Below are positions 28,213 through 36,609 of a stretch of DNA of 55,008 nt, in pieces. Within the stretch, counting starts at the first letter, position 1; every line of letters starts with the position of its first letter. The position numbers and the translations under genes were made by a program. Source of the DNA: an uncultured Bifidobacteriaceae bacterium. Lineage in GTDB: Bacteria > Verrucomicrobiota > Verrucomicrobiia > Limisphaerales > JADLHS01. The stretch spans positions 1-55,008 of the forward strand of contig CAYWCK010000002.1 of the NCBI GenBank assembly GCA_964456685.1. Reading direction: 5' to 3'. The notes below the pieces were generated by a model, which worked only from the letters and a program-made list of their open reading frames with translations, made no database searches and had not been told where the DNA came from.

Positions 28213-29642
28213 GTGCCCCGCTGCCTCCGGTCCTCGTCGTGGACGACGAGAAGAACATGCGCCTGTCCCTGCACGCGATGCTGGGCGACGAGGGGTACCA
28301 TGCACGCACCGTCGAGTCCGCGGAGCAGGGGTTGAAGCTGCTCGGGCAGGAGGAGTTCTTCATGGTGATCACGGATGCCCGGCTCGGGGGCATCAGCGGT
28401 TACGATTTTCTGGCCAAGGTGCGTGCCCAATGGCCGGATGTGCCGGTGTTGATGATCACTGCTTACGCGACGCCAAAGCTCGCCGTGGAAGTCATCAAGG
28501 CCGGCGCGGTGGATTATCTCTCCAAACCGTTTGCCCCGGAGGAATTGCTTCACGCCGTCAGCCGTTGCGCCGAACGGTATCGCTTGTTACGGGAGAACGC
28601 CTCGCTGCGTGCGCGGGCGGGTGAACTTTTCCAACTCGACCAGATCGTCGGCGACGCGCCGAAAGTACAGGAGCTGCGGCAATTGATCCAAACCGTCGCG
28701 CCCACCGACGCCCGGGTGCTCATCCTGGGCGAAAGCGGCACCGGCAAGGAACTCGTCGCCGGTGCGCTCCACGGTTTGAGCCAGCGCAAACCGGCCAGCT
28801 ACGTGCGCATCAATTGCGCCGCCATTCCCGAGACGCTGTTGGAGAGTGAATTGTTCGGCCACGAACGCGGCGCGTTTACCGGCGCGCTCAAGCAGAAGCC
28901 CGGCCGGGTTGAGGAAGCCGATGGCGGCACCATCTTCCTGGATGAAATCGCGGACATGAGCCGCCCATTGCAGGCCAAATTGCTGCGGTTTCTCGAAGAC
29001 GGCACCTTCACCCGCGTGGGCGGCACGCAGGAATTGCGCGTCAACGTCCGCCTCCTCGCCGCCACCAATCGCGATATCATCAAGGCGATTGCCGCGGGCG
29101 AGTTCCGCGAGGATTTGTTTCACCGGCTCAACGTGGTGCAGTTCCGGTTGCCGCCGTTGCGCGAACGCGGAGAGGATGTGCTTTTGCTGGCCGAGCATTT
29201 CATCAAACAATTCACCGCCAGCATGAACAAGAAGATCACCGGCCTGACCCGCGCGGCGAAACAGAAGCTGCTGTCGCATCACTGGCCCGGCAATGTGCGC
29301 GAGCTGCGCAACGTGATCGAGCGCGCCTTGATTCTCGAAACACAGCGGGAAATCCAGCCGGCCAGTCTGCCGGACTTCCAATTGGAATCGCGCCTGCATA
29401 AAACCGAACTCCCGCGCGCCACCGGAGCGGAAGCGCTGGATCAAATCGTCGCCAACTTTGAACGCGATCTGATCGCGCAGACGCTGGAGCAGAATCATTT
29501 CAGCCTGACGAAGAGCGCGGAACATTTGAAACTCAGCCGACACGCCCTGCGATATCGAATGCAACGTTTGAACATAACGACCGCCACCGATGCGGACGAC
29601 GAAACCACCGCCATGCTGGAAAAGGAAGGTGGTGCCAAATGA
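28209..29642 (+). CDS. sigma-54-dependent response regulator (NtrC family)
   Basis: The receiver domain reads VLVVDDEKNMR..DARLGG. The AAA+ domain has GESGTGKELVA, GAFTGA and the ESELFGHERGAFTGA loop. The C-terminal HTH is ..LTKSAEHLKLSRHALRYRMQRL. An ATGA overlap with the kinase stop indicates coupling. Confidence 0.9.
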   Translation: MSAPLPPVLVVDDEKNMRLSLHAMLGDEGYHARTVESAEQGLKLLGQEEFFMVITDARLGGISGYDFLAKVRAQWPDVPVLMITAYATPKLAVEVIKAGAVDYLSKPFAPEELLHAVSRCAERYRLLRENASLRARAGELFQLDQIVGDAPKVQELRQLIQTVAPTDARVLILGESGTGKELVAGALHGLSQRKPASYVRINCAAIPETLLESELFGHERGAFTGALKQKPGRVEEADGGTIFLDEIADMSRPLQAKLLRFLEDGTFTRVGGTQELRVNVRLLAATNRDIIKAIAAGEFREDLFHRLNVVQFRLPPLRERGEDVLLLAEHFIKQFTASMNKKITGLTRAAKQKLLSHHWPGNVRELRNVIERALILETQREIQPASLPDFQLESRLHKTELPRATGAEALDQIVANFERDLIAQTLEQNHFSLTKSAEHLKLSRHALRYRMQRLNITTATDADDETTAMLEKEGGAK

Positions 29643-30013
29643 GCATCGGATTCCTGGCCGCGACGTGGGCCGATGACCCGATCCCGGGTTTTGGGCCATT
29701 GACCCCGGCGATGAAAGAGCGCCTGATCATTTTTGGCGCAATGGCGCTGGTTTTGGTGGTGATCATCACCTGGGCGCTGGCTTTCCGCCGGCAACGCCAG
29801 CGTTCGGCCCGACGCGAGGATCGGCGGCGGCGCCGACATTCATTTCGCCGGCAGGCCACCAAAGGCGTGGCGGAGATTCGGGAATACGTCAAAGAGCACC
29901 GCCGGCGGCGGCGGCGCGAGCATCGGCCACGCAATCCCACCCTGGCTGAGACCGGCGGTTTGCCTCCGGTCCGTGGCGACCAGGACTCTCCGGCTCCCAA
30001 CTCACCCCACTAA
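29639..30013 (+). CDS. small single-pass membrane protein with extremely Arg-rich tail
   Basis: It shares an ATGA overlap with the NtrC stop. The TM helix is LIIFGAMALVLVVIITWALAF, followed by RRQRQRSARREDRRRRRHSFRRQ..HRRRRRREHRPRN. I recognise no family for it. Confidence 0.5.
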   Translation: MSIGFLAATWADDPIPGFGPLTPAMKERLIIFGAMALVLVVIITWALAFRRQRQRSARREDRRRRRHSFRRQATKGVAEIREYVKEHRRRRRREHRPRNPTLAETGGLPPVRGDQDSPAPNSPH

Positions 30014-30017
30014 GATC

Positions 30018-30887
30018 ATGGAGCAAAGCCGGGCCATCACGCGCAAGAGCGCTTCGAACCTCGCGCTGGCCTTTGTCATGCTCCCCAAGGCCAAGCGCGA
30101 CGGCATGTCGGCCCTGTACGCTTTTTGTCGCGAGGTGGATGACGTGGCGGACGAAGATGCGGCTTCAGTGGCGGATCGCCGCGCGCAACTGGCGGCCTGG
30201 CGCGCGGACATTCGTCGGGCCTGTGAAAACGGGAAGCCCGAGTTTGCCGTGAACCAGGAATTGCAACCCTTCATCCAGAAGCACCACCTGCGTTTCGAGC
30301 TGTTCGATGAACTGCTCAAGGGCTGCGAGATGGACCTCGACACCACGCGGTACGAGACCTGGGAACAGCTGGAACTTTACTGCTATCGCGTCGCATCCGT
30401 GGTCGGACTGCTGAGCATTGAGATTTTCGGTTATACGAACCCGCAATGCCGCGAGTATGCGGTGGCGCTGGGGCAGGCGCTGCAACTCACGAACATCCTG
30501 CGCGACATTCGTGCGGATGCCGAGCGGGGACGAATTTACCTTCCACTCGCCGAGCTGCGCCGCTGCAATGTCAGCGAGGCGGAAATCCTGCGTCACGAAT
30601 ACACGGACCGTTTCCAAAACCTCGCCGCGAGCGTGGCCGATCGCGCCCGTGGTTTTTATGGGCGCGCCCGCGCCACTCTGCCGCCGGAGGACCGGCGCGC
30701 GATGGTGGCGGCGGAACTGATGGGGTCGGTTTACTGGCGACTGCTGCGCAAACTCGAGGCCAAGCGTTTCGATGTGCTCGGCCCGGAGCCGACCCGGCTC
30801 AGCAAGCCGCAAAAGCTCGCCCTGATTCTCCGCAGTTGGTTTCGCTTTGCCGCCGGCACCATGACGCCCAGCTACGGCACGCCCTGA
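30018..30887 (+). CDS. squalene/phytoene synthase family protein (HpnD-like presqualene diphosphate synthase)
   Basis: Motifs are SALYAFCREVDDVADE and ..YCYRVASVVGLL.. plus LQLTNILRDIRADAERGRIYLP, which are the two Asp-rich regions of the family. Confidence 0.8.
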   Translation: MEQSRAITRKSASNLALAFVMLPKAKRDGMSALYAFCREVDDVADEDAASVADRRAQLAAWRADIRRACENGKPEFAVNQELQPFIQKHHLRFELFDELLKGCEMDLDTTRYETWEQLELYCYRVASVVGLLSIEIFGYTNPQCREYAVALGQALQLTNILRDIRADAERGRIYLPLAELRRCNVSEAEILRHEYTDRFQNLAASVADRARGFYGRARATLPPEDRRAMVAAELMGSVYWRLLRKLEAKRFDVLGPEPTRLSKPQKLALILRSWFRFAAGTMTPSYGTP

Positions 30888-30891
30888 ATCC

Positions 30892-31707
30892 GTGCGCCGG
30901 CTCATCATCAACGCCGACGATTTCGGCCGCTCCCGCTCCATCAACGAAGCGGTCATCCGCGCCCACCGCGAGGGCGTGCTCACCACCGCGAGCTTGATGG
31001 TGAACGAGCCGGACTGCGCCGAGGCCGTGGCTTTGGCGAAGGCGAATCCGCAACTCGGCGTGGGCCTGCACGTGGCCCTGCTCTGCGGCCGATCCGGGCT
31101 CCCGCGCGAAAAAATTCCCGGCCTCGTGAACCAGCGGGGTGAATTCAGCGACAACCCCGTTGGCGTCGGGATAAAATATTTTTTCCAGCGCGGGCTGCGG
31201 GAACAATTGCGCGCCGAAATCCGCGAGCAATTCGCCCGCTTTCGCGCCACCGGATTGCCGCTCGATCATGTGAACGGGCATCTGCACCTGCATTTGCACC
31301 CGGCCGTGTTTACCCTCCTCATGGAAGAGGCGGAGGCCTTCGGCCTCCGGCACGTGCGGCTGACGCGCGAGCCTTTCTGGCTGGACTGGCCGCTCGCTTC
31401 CGGCCGCCGGCTCTACCGCGCGCTGCACGGCTTCATTTACTGGTTGCTCGCGGCGCGTTCGCGCGCGCGGTTGCAAGCCCGCCGGATCCGGCACACGGAA
31501 CGCGTCTTCGGCCTACTGCAAAACGATCGCGTGGATGAAACCTACGTGCTGAAGTTGCTGGAGGTTTTGCCGCCGGGCGATTCGGAGCTTTACTCGCATC
31601 CGTCGCTCGACAAGTTTAAGCATGAATTCGATGCCCTCGTGAGTCCGCGCGTGAAAGCGCTGATTGAGCAGCGCGGCATCCAGTTGATTCGATACCAGGA
31701 TTTGTGA
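30892..31707 (+). CDS. YdjC/ChbG-family deacetylase (HpnK-like)
   Basis: LIINADDFGRSRSINEAVIRAHREGVLTTASLMVN is a YdjC-family N-terminus. The gene has a GTG start 5 nt after the preceding stop. Confidence 0.75.
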   Translation: MRRLIINADDFGRSRSINEAVIRAHREGVLTTASLMVNEPDCAEAVALAKANPQLGVGLHVALLCGRSGLPREKIPGLVNQRGEFSDNPVGVGIKYFFQRGLREQLRAEIREQFARFRATGLPLDHVNGHLHLHLHPAVFTLLMEEAEAFGLRHVRLTREPFWLDWPLASGRRLYRALHGFIYWLLAARSRARLQARRIRHTERVFGLLQNDRVDETYVLKLLEVLPPGDSELYSHPSLDKFKHEFDALVSPRVKALIEQRGIQLIRYQDL

Positions 31708-32144
31708 CCAAGATTCTCATCATCCTCATTTTTGCGCTCTGCGTGGAAGCCGTCGGGGTCGTGTTCCTCAGCAAAGGACTGAAACAGATTGGCGAAGTGC
31801 AGCGCATATCGGCTGGCGAAATCGGCCGCATCATCAAGCGTGGGGCGACCAACGGCAGCATCCTGCTGGGCGTGGCGTTGGAGGCGGCGTTTTTTGGTGC
31901 GCTGCTGTATCTGCTTTCCCAACGCGACGTGAGCTTGATCTGGCCGCTGACCTCGTTGGGTTTCGTGATCACGGCCATCTCCGCCAAGTTTATTTTGAAG
32001 GAGGAGATTACCGGCTGGCGCTGGGCGGGCGTGGCGTTGATTGTCCTCGGCGCGGCCCTGGTGAGTTATGGCGAGAAAGCGAAGCCAAAATCTTCCGGGA
32101 CACCACCAGCCGGAGCTGTGGGCGCCTCGGAATTGTCGCCCTGA
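31704..32144 (+). CDS. small EamA/DMT-like membrane protein (4 predicted helices)
   Basis: The protein is hydrophobic throughout. Its start overlaps the preceding stop by 4 nt. It resembles half-size EamA-domain proteins. Confidence 0.55.
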   Translation: MTKILIILIFALCVEAVGVVFLSKGLKQIGEVQRISAGEIGRIIKRGATNGSILLGVALEAAFFGALLYLLSQRDVSLIWPLTSLGFVITAISAKFILKEEITGWRWAGVALIVLGAALVSYGEKAKPKSSGTPPAGAVGASELSP

Positions 32145-32155
32145 TCCGGGTTTCG

Positions 32156-32812
32156 CTAGACGAACTTCCCCAGAAAGTCTGCCAAATTGCGCGCGGCGAA
32201 TTGCGTGCTTTTTTGCAGCCGCCGCAGGGCCGGAATTTTTCCCGGCGCTTTGGCAATGGCCCAGGCCAGTTTACCGTAATGCAGGCTGAGATCCGGATGG
32301 GCGAGTTCGTTGAAATTCAAAGGCAGGTCCTCGGTGGCGGTATCAGAAATCACCCGCACGGTGGCGCAGGAAATTCCCCGTTCGTGGCACAGTCGCGCCA
32401 CGGCGGCCGACTCCATTTCGACGGCGTCGGCCCTGGTGGCTTTTCGCAGCTCAGCCTTTTCCGCAACGGTGGTCGCGATGCGATCAGCGCAGAAAAATCG
32501 GATCGGCTTCGCCCCCAGCGCTGTGAACTGGTTTTTCCAGGAGGCGTCGGTCGTCTCGAAAACTACATCGCCCATCTTTAGTTCGGGATTCAATCCGCCC
32601 GCGAAGCCACAAGTCAGAACGGCCAGGGGAGAATGCTGCGCCAGATATTCCTTCACCACTCGTTCGGCGTTGCGTTTGCCGATGCCGGTGAGCAGAACGG
32701 AAACATGTGGTCGTCCCGCCGTGAGCGAGCGAAACGCGCGCGCTTCGTCTTCCAACGCAAAGCAGACCAGCGTGGCCGCCGGCGGCTGACCTCTGACCTC
32801 GGACCGCTCCAT
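32156..32812 (-). CDS. PNP/UDP-family nucleosidase/phosphorylase (HpnG-like or MTA/SAH nucleosidase-like)
   Basis: Motifs are ..LLTGIGKRNAE.., ..CGFAGGLNP.. and AVEMESAAVA. The ATG at 32812 overlaps the upstream stop (TGATG). Confidence 0.7.
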   Translation of the reverse strand: MERSEVRGQPPAATLVCFALEDEARAFRSLTAGRPHVSVLLTGIGKRNAERVVKEYLAQHSPLAVLTCGFAGGLNPELKMGDVVFETTDASWKNQFTALGAKPIRFFCADRIATTVAEKAELRKATRADAVEMESAAVARLCHERGISCATVRVISDTATEDLPLNFNELAHPDLSLHYGKLAWAIAKAPGKIPALRRLQKSTQFAARNLADFLGKFV

Positions 32813-33531
32813 CACTTGATCCCCGCCAGCCGTTCCTTCCACACCCGGTAAAGCTCCACGGTCGCCCGCACGTCGCGCAGGCAATACTCGGCGATGTCGC
32901 GGAACTTTCCTTCCTTCATCAAGTTCGTCACGTCCATACCGGTCACGCCATGGGCTTTGGGCGATTCAATGCCGAACGCCTTGCAATAAAAATCCAGATT
33001 GAACTTCCGCGCCGCGCCCTCGCGCCCGCTGACGCCATAGAAGGTGAATTGCTCCGCCAGATCGCAATGCGGTTCGGTGGCGTAGCGGTAGCCGAGCCAG
33101 TTCTTGCGCGAGATGGGCACATTGAGCGCCGCCGAGCGCAGGTAAAGAAACGGCACATCGAATCCGCGGCCGTTGAACGTCACAATCTCGTCGTAATGCT
33201 TCGCCACATCCCAGAAGGCTGTGAGCAGTTCGACTTCATCCGCGCACGGCACGAATTCCACCGGCCCACCTTCGGCGGCATCCTCCTCGAAGTCATCGGC
33301 TGTGAAAAGCACCTGGCCCCGCTGGGATTCGGCGTTGAGCATCGCGATGCAGACGACGTGACCCGTGAAGGGCCAGAGTGCGAACATGCGCAAGGTTTCC
33401 TCGCGTTTGGCGGCGCGGGCGGTTTCGTCAGGGATTTTTTCCACTTCGCGGAGCAGATATTCCTGCTGGACCTCGTCGAAGTTTTCGAGCGGCTGCGCGG
33501 TGGTTTCGATGTCGAAGACGAGTTTGGCCAC
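32812..33531 (-). CDS. RNase H-fold 3'-5' exonuclease (PolB-exonuclease-like)
   Basis: LVFDIETT is an ExoI motif. ..IVTFNGRGFDVPFL.. is ExoII-like. ..YCLRDVRAT.. is ExoIII-like. Confidence 0.7.
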   Translation of the reverse strand: MAKLVFDIETTAQPLENFDEVQQEYLLREVEKIPDETARAAKREETLRMFALWPFTGHVVCIAMLNAESQRGQVLFTADDFEEDAAEGGPVEFVPCADEVELLTAFWDVAKHYDEIVTFNGRGFDVPFLYLRSAALNVPISRKNWLGYRYATEPHCDLAEQFTFYGVSGREGAARKFNLDFYCKAFGIESPKAHGVTGMDVTNLMKEGKFRDIAEYCLRDVRATVELYRVWKERLAGIK

Positions 33532-33607
33532 GGCGGGACTTTAGCCGCTTACGTCGGGCAATCCACGCTAAACTTCGCGGAGCTTCTTTCCCGTCGCGTC
33601 GCAGTAC

Positions 33608-33658
33608 AAAAAAAATCAGGATGGGAAACCGACTTTCGTTCCGGCTTTCCATCCTGAT
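33608..33658 (-). terminator. intrinsic terminator (about 18-bp stem followed by T8 on the minus strand)
   Basis: The minus strand reads ATCAGGATGGAAAGCCGG-AACGAAAG-TCGGTTTCCCATCCTGAT-TTTTTTTT. It has one mismatch and two G-U pairs. Confidence 0.7.
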
Positions 33659-33670
33659 ATTTGATTGCAG

Positions 33671-33715
33671 TTACTTTTTCTTCTTCGCTGCTTTTTTCTT
33701 TTTTTTGGCTGCCAT
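33671..33715 (-). CDS. candidate 14-codon Lys-rich micro-ORF (MAAKKKKKAAKKKK)
   Basis: The minus strand reads GGAGGTGACAAAC-ATG GCA GCC AAA AAA AAG AAA AAA GCA GCG AAG AAG AAA AAG TAA. There is a strong SD 8 nt upstream. The ORF's own terminator starts 12 nt after the stop, and another terminator lies upstream. Translation is unproven. Confidence 0.4.
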   Translation of the reverse strand: MAAKKKKKAAKKKK

Positions 33716-33795
33716 GTTTGTCACCTCCGATCAGTTTTTGGTTTTGATTGCAGTGACCGTTTCGACAAATGGACGTCTGAGCTGACCGTTTGTAG

Positions 33796-33839
33796 AAGAA
33801 AAATCCGCCGGCTGGCAACAACTATTTTCCAGCCGGCGG
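33796..33839 (-). terminator. intrinsic terminator downstream of apgM
   Basis: The minus strand reads CCGCCGGCTGG-13 nt loop-CCAGCCGGCGG followed by ATTTTTCTTCT. It lies 26 nt after the apgM stop. Confidence 0.7.
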
Positions 33840-33864
33840 AGAAACTTTTCGCGCGAAATAATTT

Positions 33865-35088
33865 TTAGGCGCCGAATTTGTCGAACATTTTCGCGTTCGC
33901 CTGCATCAAGCGGATCAAAAATTTCGCCTCCATCACGCCGAGCGATCCGCTGTTCGCGCCGGTCTCGGTGAAGCGCTCGAGTTTGTCCGAGCCGCTCACC
34001 GCCGAGTGCAACAGCACGGGCTGCGGATGCCACGAGTGGCCCTTCAGGGCGCACGGCGTTGAGTGATCGCCGGTGATGGCCAGCACGTCCGGCCGCTTTT
34101 GGAGCAAGATGGGCAGCGCGGCGTCGAAGTCTTCGATCGCCTTTTTCTTCGCGGCAAAGTTGCCATCTTCACCCGCCTTGTCGGTGTATTTGTAGTGGAT
34201 GAAAAAGAAATCGTAGTTGTCGTATTCGGCGAGATAACGCTCGAACTGCTCGGCGATGGATTGCGGGCCTTCGATCTTTTTCATGCCCACCAGTTGAGCA
34301 AGACCCTTGTACATCGGATACACGGCGAGGCACGCAGGCTTGAGCTGGTAGCGCTCCGCGAAGAGCGGAATTTCCGGCTGATGAGCGATGCCGCGCATGA
34401 GGAAACCGTTCGCCGGCTTCTCCTTGGCGATGATCGGCAGCGCCGCCTTGTAGAAGTCCGCGATCAACTTCGCCATTTTCTTCTGCTTGGCATTCTTCGG
34501 GTCGCGCGGCCTGACGGTCGGGATGGCGAAACCTTCGCGGTTGGGATCGGCATCCGTCAACGGGCCTTCCAAACCCTTGCCGCGGAAGACCACCACGAAC
34601 CGGTGTTCCTTGCCAGCTTTGATGATGACCTGCGTATCGCCGAGCTTTTTGATTTTCGCGGCGAGCAAGGCGCAGAGTTTTTCGCAGGTCTCGGTGGGAA
34701 TGCGGCCGGCGCGGCGATCGGTGACAATTCCCTTCGCATCGAGCGTCGCAAAATTCGCGCGGGCACAAACGTCGCCCGGTTTAAGTTCCACGCCGAGACC
34801 GAGCGCCTCGATGACGCCGCGGCCGACTTGAAACTCCAACGGGTCGTAACCAAACAGTCCCAGATGTCCCGGTCCGCTGCCAGGCGTGATGCCGGGCGCG
34901 GCGGGAATCATGCGGCCCTGCGCGGAATCCTTGGAGAGTGCGTCGAGATTGGGCGTGTGCGCGGCTTCGAGCGGGGTGAGATAATTTTGTTCCTTCGTGG
35001 CGATGTCGCCGAGGCCGTCGAGTACGACCAGCGCGAGTTTCGCCTTTGTTTTCAAAGTCAGTTCCGAATAAAGAGCGTCCAGTTTCAT
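33865..35088 (-). CDS. apgM: cofactor-independent phosphoglycerate mutase, archaeal-type (ApgM family)
   Basis: Motifs are [11 protein letters not shown], ..[15 protein letters not shown].., ..ITGDHSTPC.. and H.W.PVP-like [10 protein letters not shown]. Confidence 0.9.
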   Translation of the reverse strand: MKLDALYSELTLKTKAKLALVVLDGLGDIATKEQNYLTPLEAAHTPNLDALSKDSAQGRMIPAAPGITPGSGPGHLGLFGYDPLEFQVGRGVIEALGLGVELKPGDVCARANFATLDAKGIVTDRRAGRIPTETCEKLCALLAAKIKKLGDTQVIIKAGKEHRFVVVFRGKGLEGPLTDADPNREGFAIPTVRPRDPKNAKQKKMAKLIADFYKAALPIIAKEKPANGFLMRGIAHQPEIPLFAERYQLKPACLAVYPMYKGLAQLVGMKKIEGPQSIAEQFERYLAEYDNYDFFFIHYKYTDKAGEDGNFAAKKKAIEDFDAALPILLQKRPDVLAITGDHSTPCALKGHSWHPQPVLLHSAVSGSDKLERFTETGANSGSLGVMEAKFLIRLMQANAKMFDKFGA

Positions 35089-35210
35089 TTTCGTTTGGTT
35101 GTTGAAAAGCCCCCGCGCGGCGCAGATGCGACCGCGTGGCAATATGCATCATGTAAGGAAAGCATTGTTGGTGCAATCCGATTCGGTGGTCGGTTCGCGC
35201 TCGACTTCCC

Positions 35211-35941
35211 ATGGTCGCAGCGGAAACTTCCCGTGTGTCGCGCGTCGCGCTCGCCAATCTCACCAAGCATTTCGCCGCGAAAGGCCAGATCATCCCGGCC
35301 GTGGAGCAGCTCCACCTCGATGTGGCCGCGGGGGAATTGCTGGCGCTCGTCGGCCCGTCGGGTTGCGGCAAGACCACCACGCTCAGACTGATTGCCGGAC
35401 TGGAATCACCGGACAGCGGCAGCGTCGCGCTTGCGGGAGTGGTTGTGAACGACGTCGCACCCAAGGATCGCGCGGTGGCCATGGTTTTCCAACGCGATGC
35501 ACTGTTCCCGCACCTGACCGCGCGCGAGAATCTCGGGTTGGGGCTCAAGCTGCGCGGCGTGGCGCGGGAAGAAATCCAGCAGCGGGTTGCTTCGGTTGCC
35601 TGCACCGCAAGCCCGGCGAACTTTCCGGCGGGCAGCGGCAGCGCGTGGCGCTGGGCCGCGCGCTGGTGCGTCAACCGAAAGTGCTGCTGCTGGACGAACC
35701 GTTCGCCCATCTCGATGCGCCCTTGCGCCGCGAATTGCGCCGGGAATTGCTGCGGCTGCACCGTGAGCAAAACCTGACAACCATCCTGGTGACCCACGAT
35801 CAGGCGGAGGCGCTGGCGCTGGGGCAACGCGTGGCGGTGATGAACCGCGGCCGGCTCGAACAGGTCGCGACGCCCGACGAATTGCGGGTGAAACCCGCGA
35901 CGAAGTTCGTTGCCGAGTTCCTCGACCCCAGCCCGATCTAA
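35211..35941 (+). pseudogene. ABC transporter ATP-binding protein (MalK/UgpC-like), frameshifted and lacking a C-terminal regulatory domain
   Basis: Walker A (GPSGCGKTT) and the Q-loop lie in frame 35211 up to ..[11 protein letters not shown]. The signature [14 protein letters not shown], Walker B LLLDEP and H-loop ILVTHD lie in the frame of ORF 35099-35941. The linker that normally precedes ..L.RKP..LSGGQ is shorter than usual. The protein ends at ..[11 protein letters not shown], where homologs continue into a TOBE-type domain. There is no permease or binding-protein gene nearby. Confidence 0.7.
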
Positions 35942-36606
35942 TCGGGATTGGACTTCAGCCATTCCTCCATCTTGTTCCGCCAGGCGTCCCAATCGGTGCC
36001 GTAATCGTGTTCGAAATAGAGTTCGAGCATTTCCCGGGCATCGGTCGCTTTCGGATGGTCGGGGGTGCGGGCGGCGTCGAGCAGCACCGGCAGCTTGACG
36101 GAGTTGGGCCGGCCGAGCAGATCCGCCAGGATGACTTCCTGGACTTCAATGCTCGTCGTGATGTTGGTGAAGTAACTCGCGAGCGCGGCATAATCCTCAT
36201 CCGCCAGCAGGTTCGCGATGTGTTGCGCGGTTTCGGCCTGGCCTGCGGCGGGAATGCGCGGCAACAATTCGAGCAACTGCGTTCCCTTGGCGTTCGGCTC
36301 CCGGGTTTCGTCGCTCAACATTTCCTCGAGGAGCGTTTCCCAATTGCTGATGGCGTTGGTGCCCGCCGCCGTCACCCACGCTGCGGGCGCGTTGCTGGCG
36401 CTCGCGGCCGCCGGCGCTGGCGCCCGAGTCGTCACCGGCTGACGCGGCACGGTTGGCCGCGCGGCCGGCGGGTTCGCTGGGGCAACAGCCGGAGTGACTG
36501 CCGCCGGTGTGGAGGGTGGCGAGGCTGGCCGATTGAACCAGAGGCCGAGCACCACCGCGGCCGCAACCACGGCGAGGGTGGCAAGAATTTTGGGCGTCCA
36601 GTTCAC
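35938..36606 (-). CDS. hypothetical membrane-anchored protein with Pro/Ala-rich linker and helical C-terminal domain
   Basis: The N-terminal TM helix is [18 protein letters not shown], followed by a PA-rich linker and then an acidic helical domain. The gene lies 4 nt downstream of the MsbA-like gene. Confidence 0.55.
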   Translation of the reverse strand: MNWTPKILATLAVVAAAVVLGLWFNRPASPPSTPAAVTPAVAPANPPAARPTVPRQPVTTRAPAPAAASASNAPAAWVTAAGTNAISNWETLLEEMLSDETREPNAKGTQLLELLPRIPAAGQAETAQHIANLLADEDYAALASYFTNITTSIEVQEVILADLLGRPNSVKLPVLLDAARTPDHPKATDAREMLELYFEHDYGTDWDAWRNKMEEWLKSNPD

Positions 36607-36609
36607 GGA

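Noticed and set aside
33671-33715. Classical amino-acid attenuation leader (lysine operon) as the explanation for the Lys-rich micro-ORF
   Set aside because: The downstream genes (an exonuclease and a nucleosidase) are not lysine biosynthesis or transport genes. I see no alternative anti-terminator pairing. The idea is kept only as a minor alternative within the finding.
34063-35391. 442-aa plus-strand ORF, and 34781-35992 403-aa minus-strand ORF
   Set aside because: These are antisense or out-of-frame overlaps of apgM and of the ABC ATPase relic. They have low-complexity Arg/Gly-rich translations.
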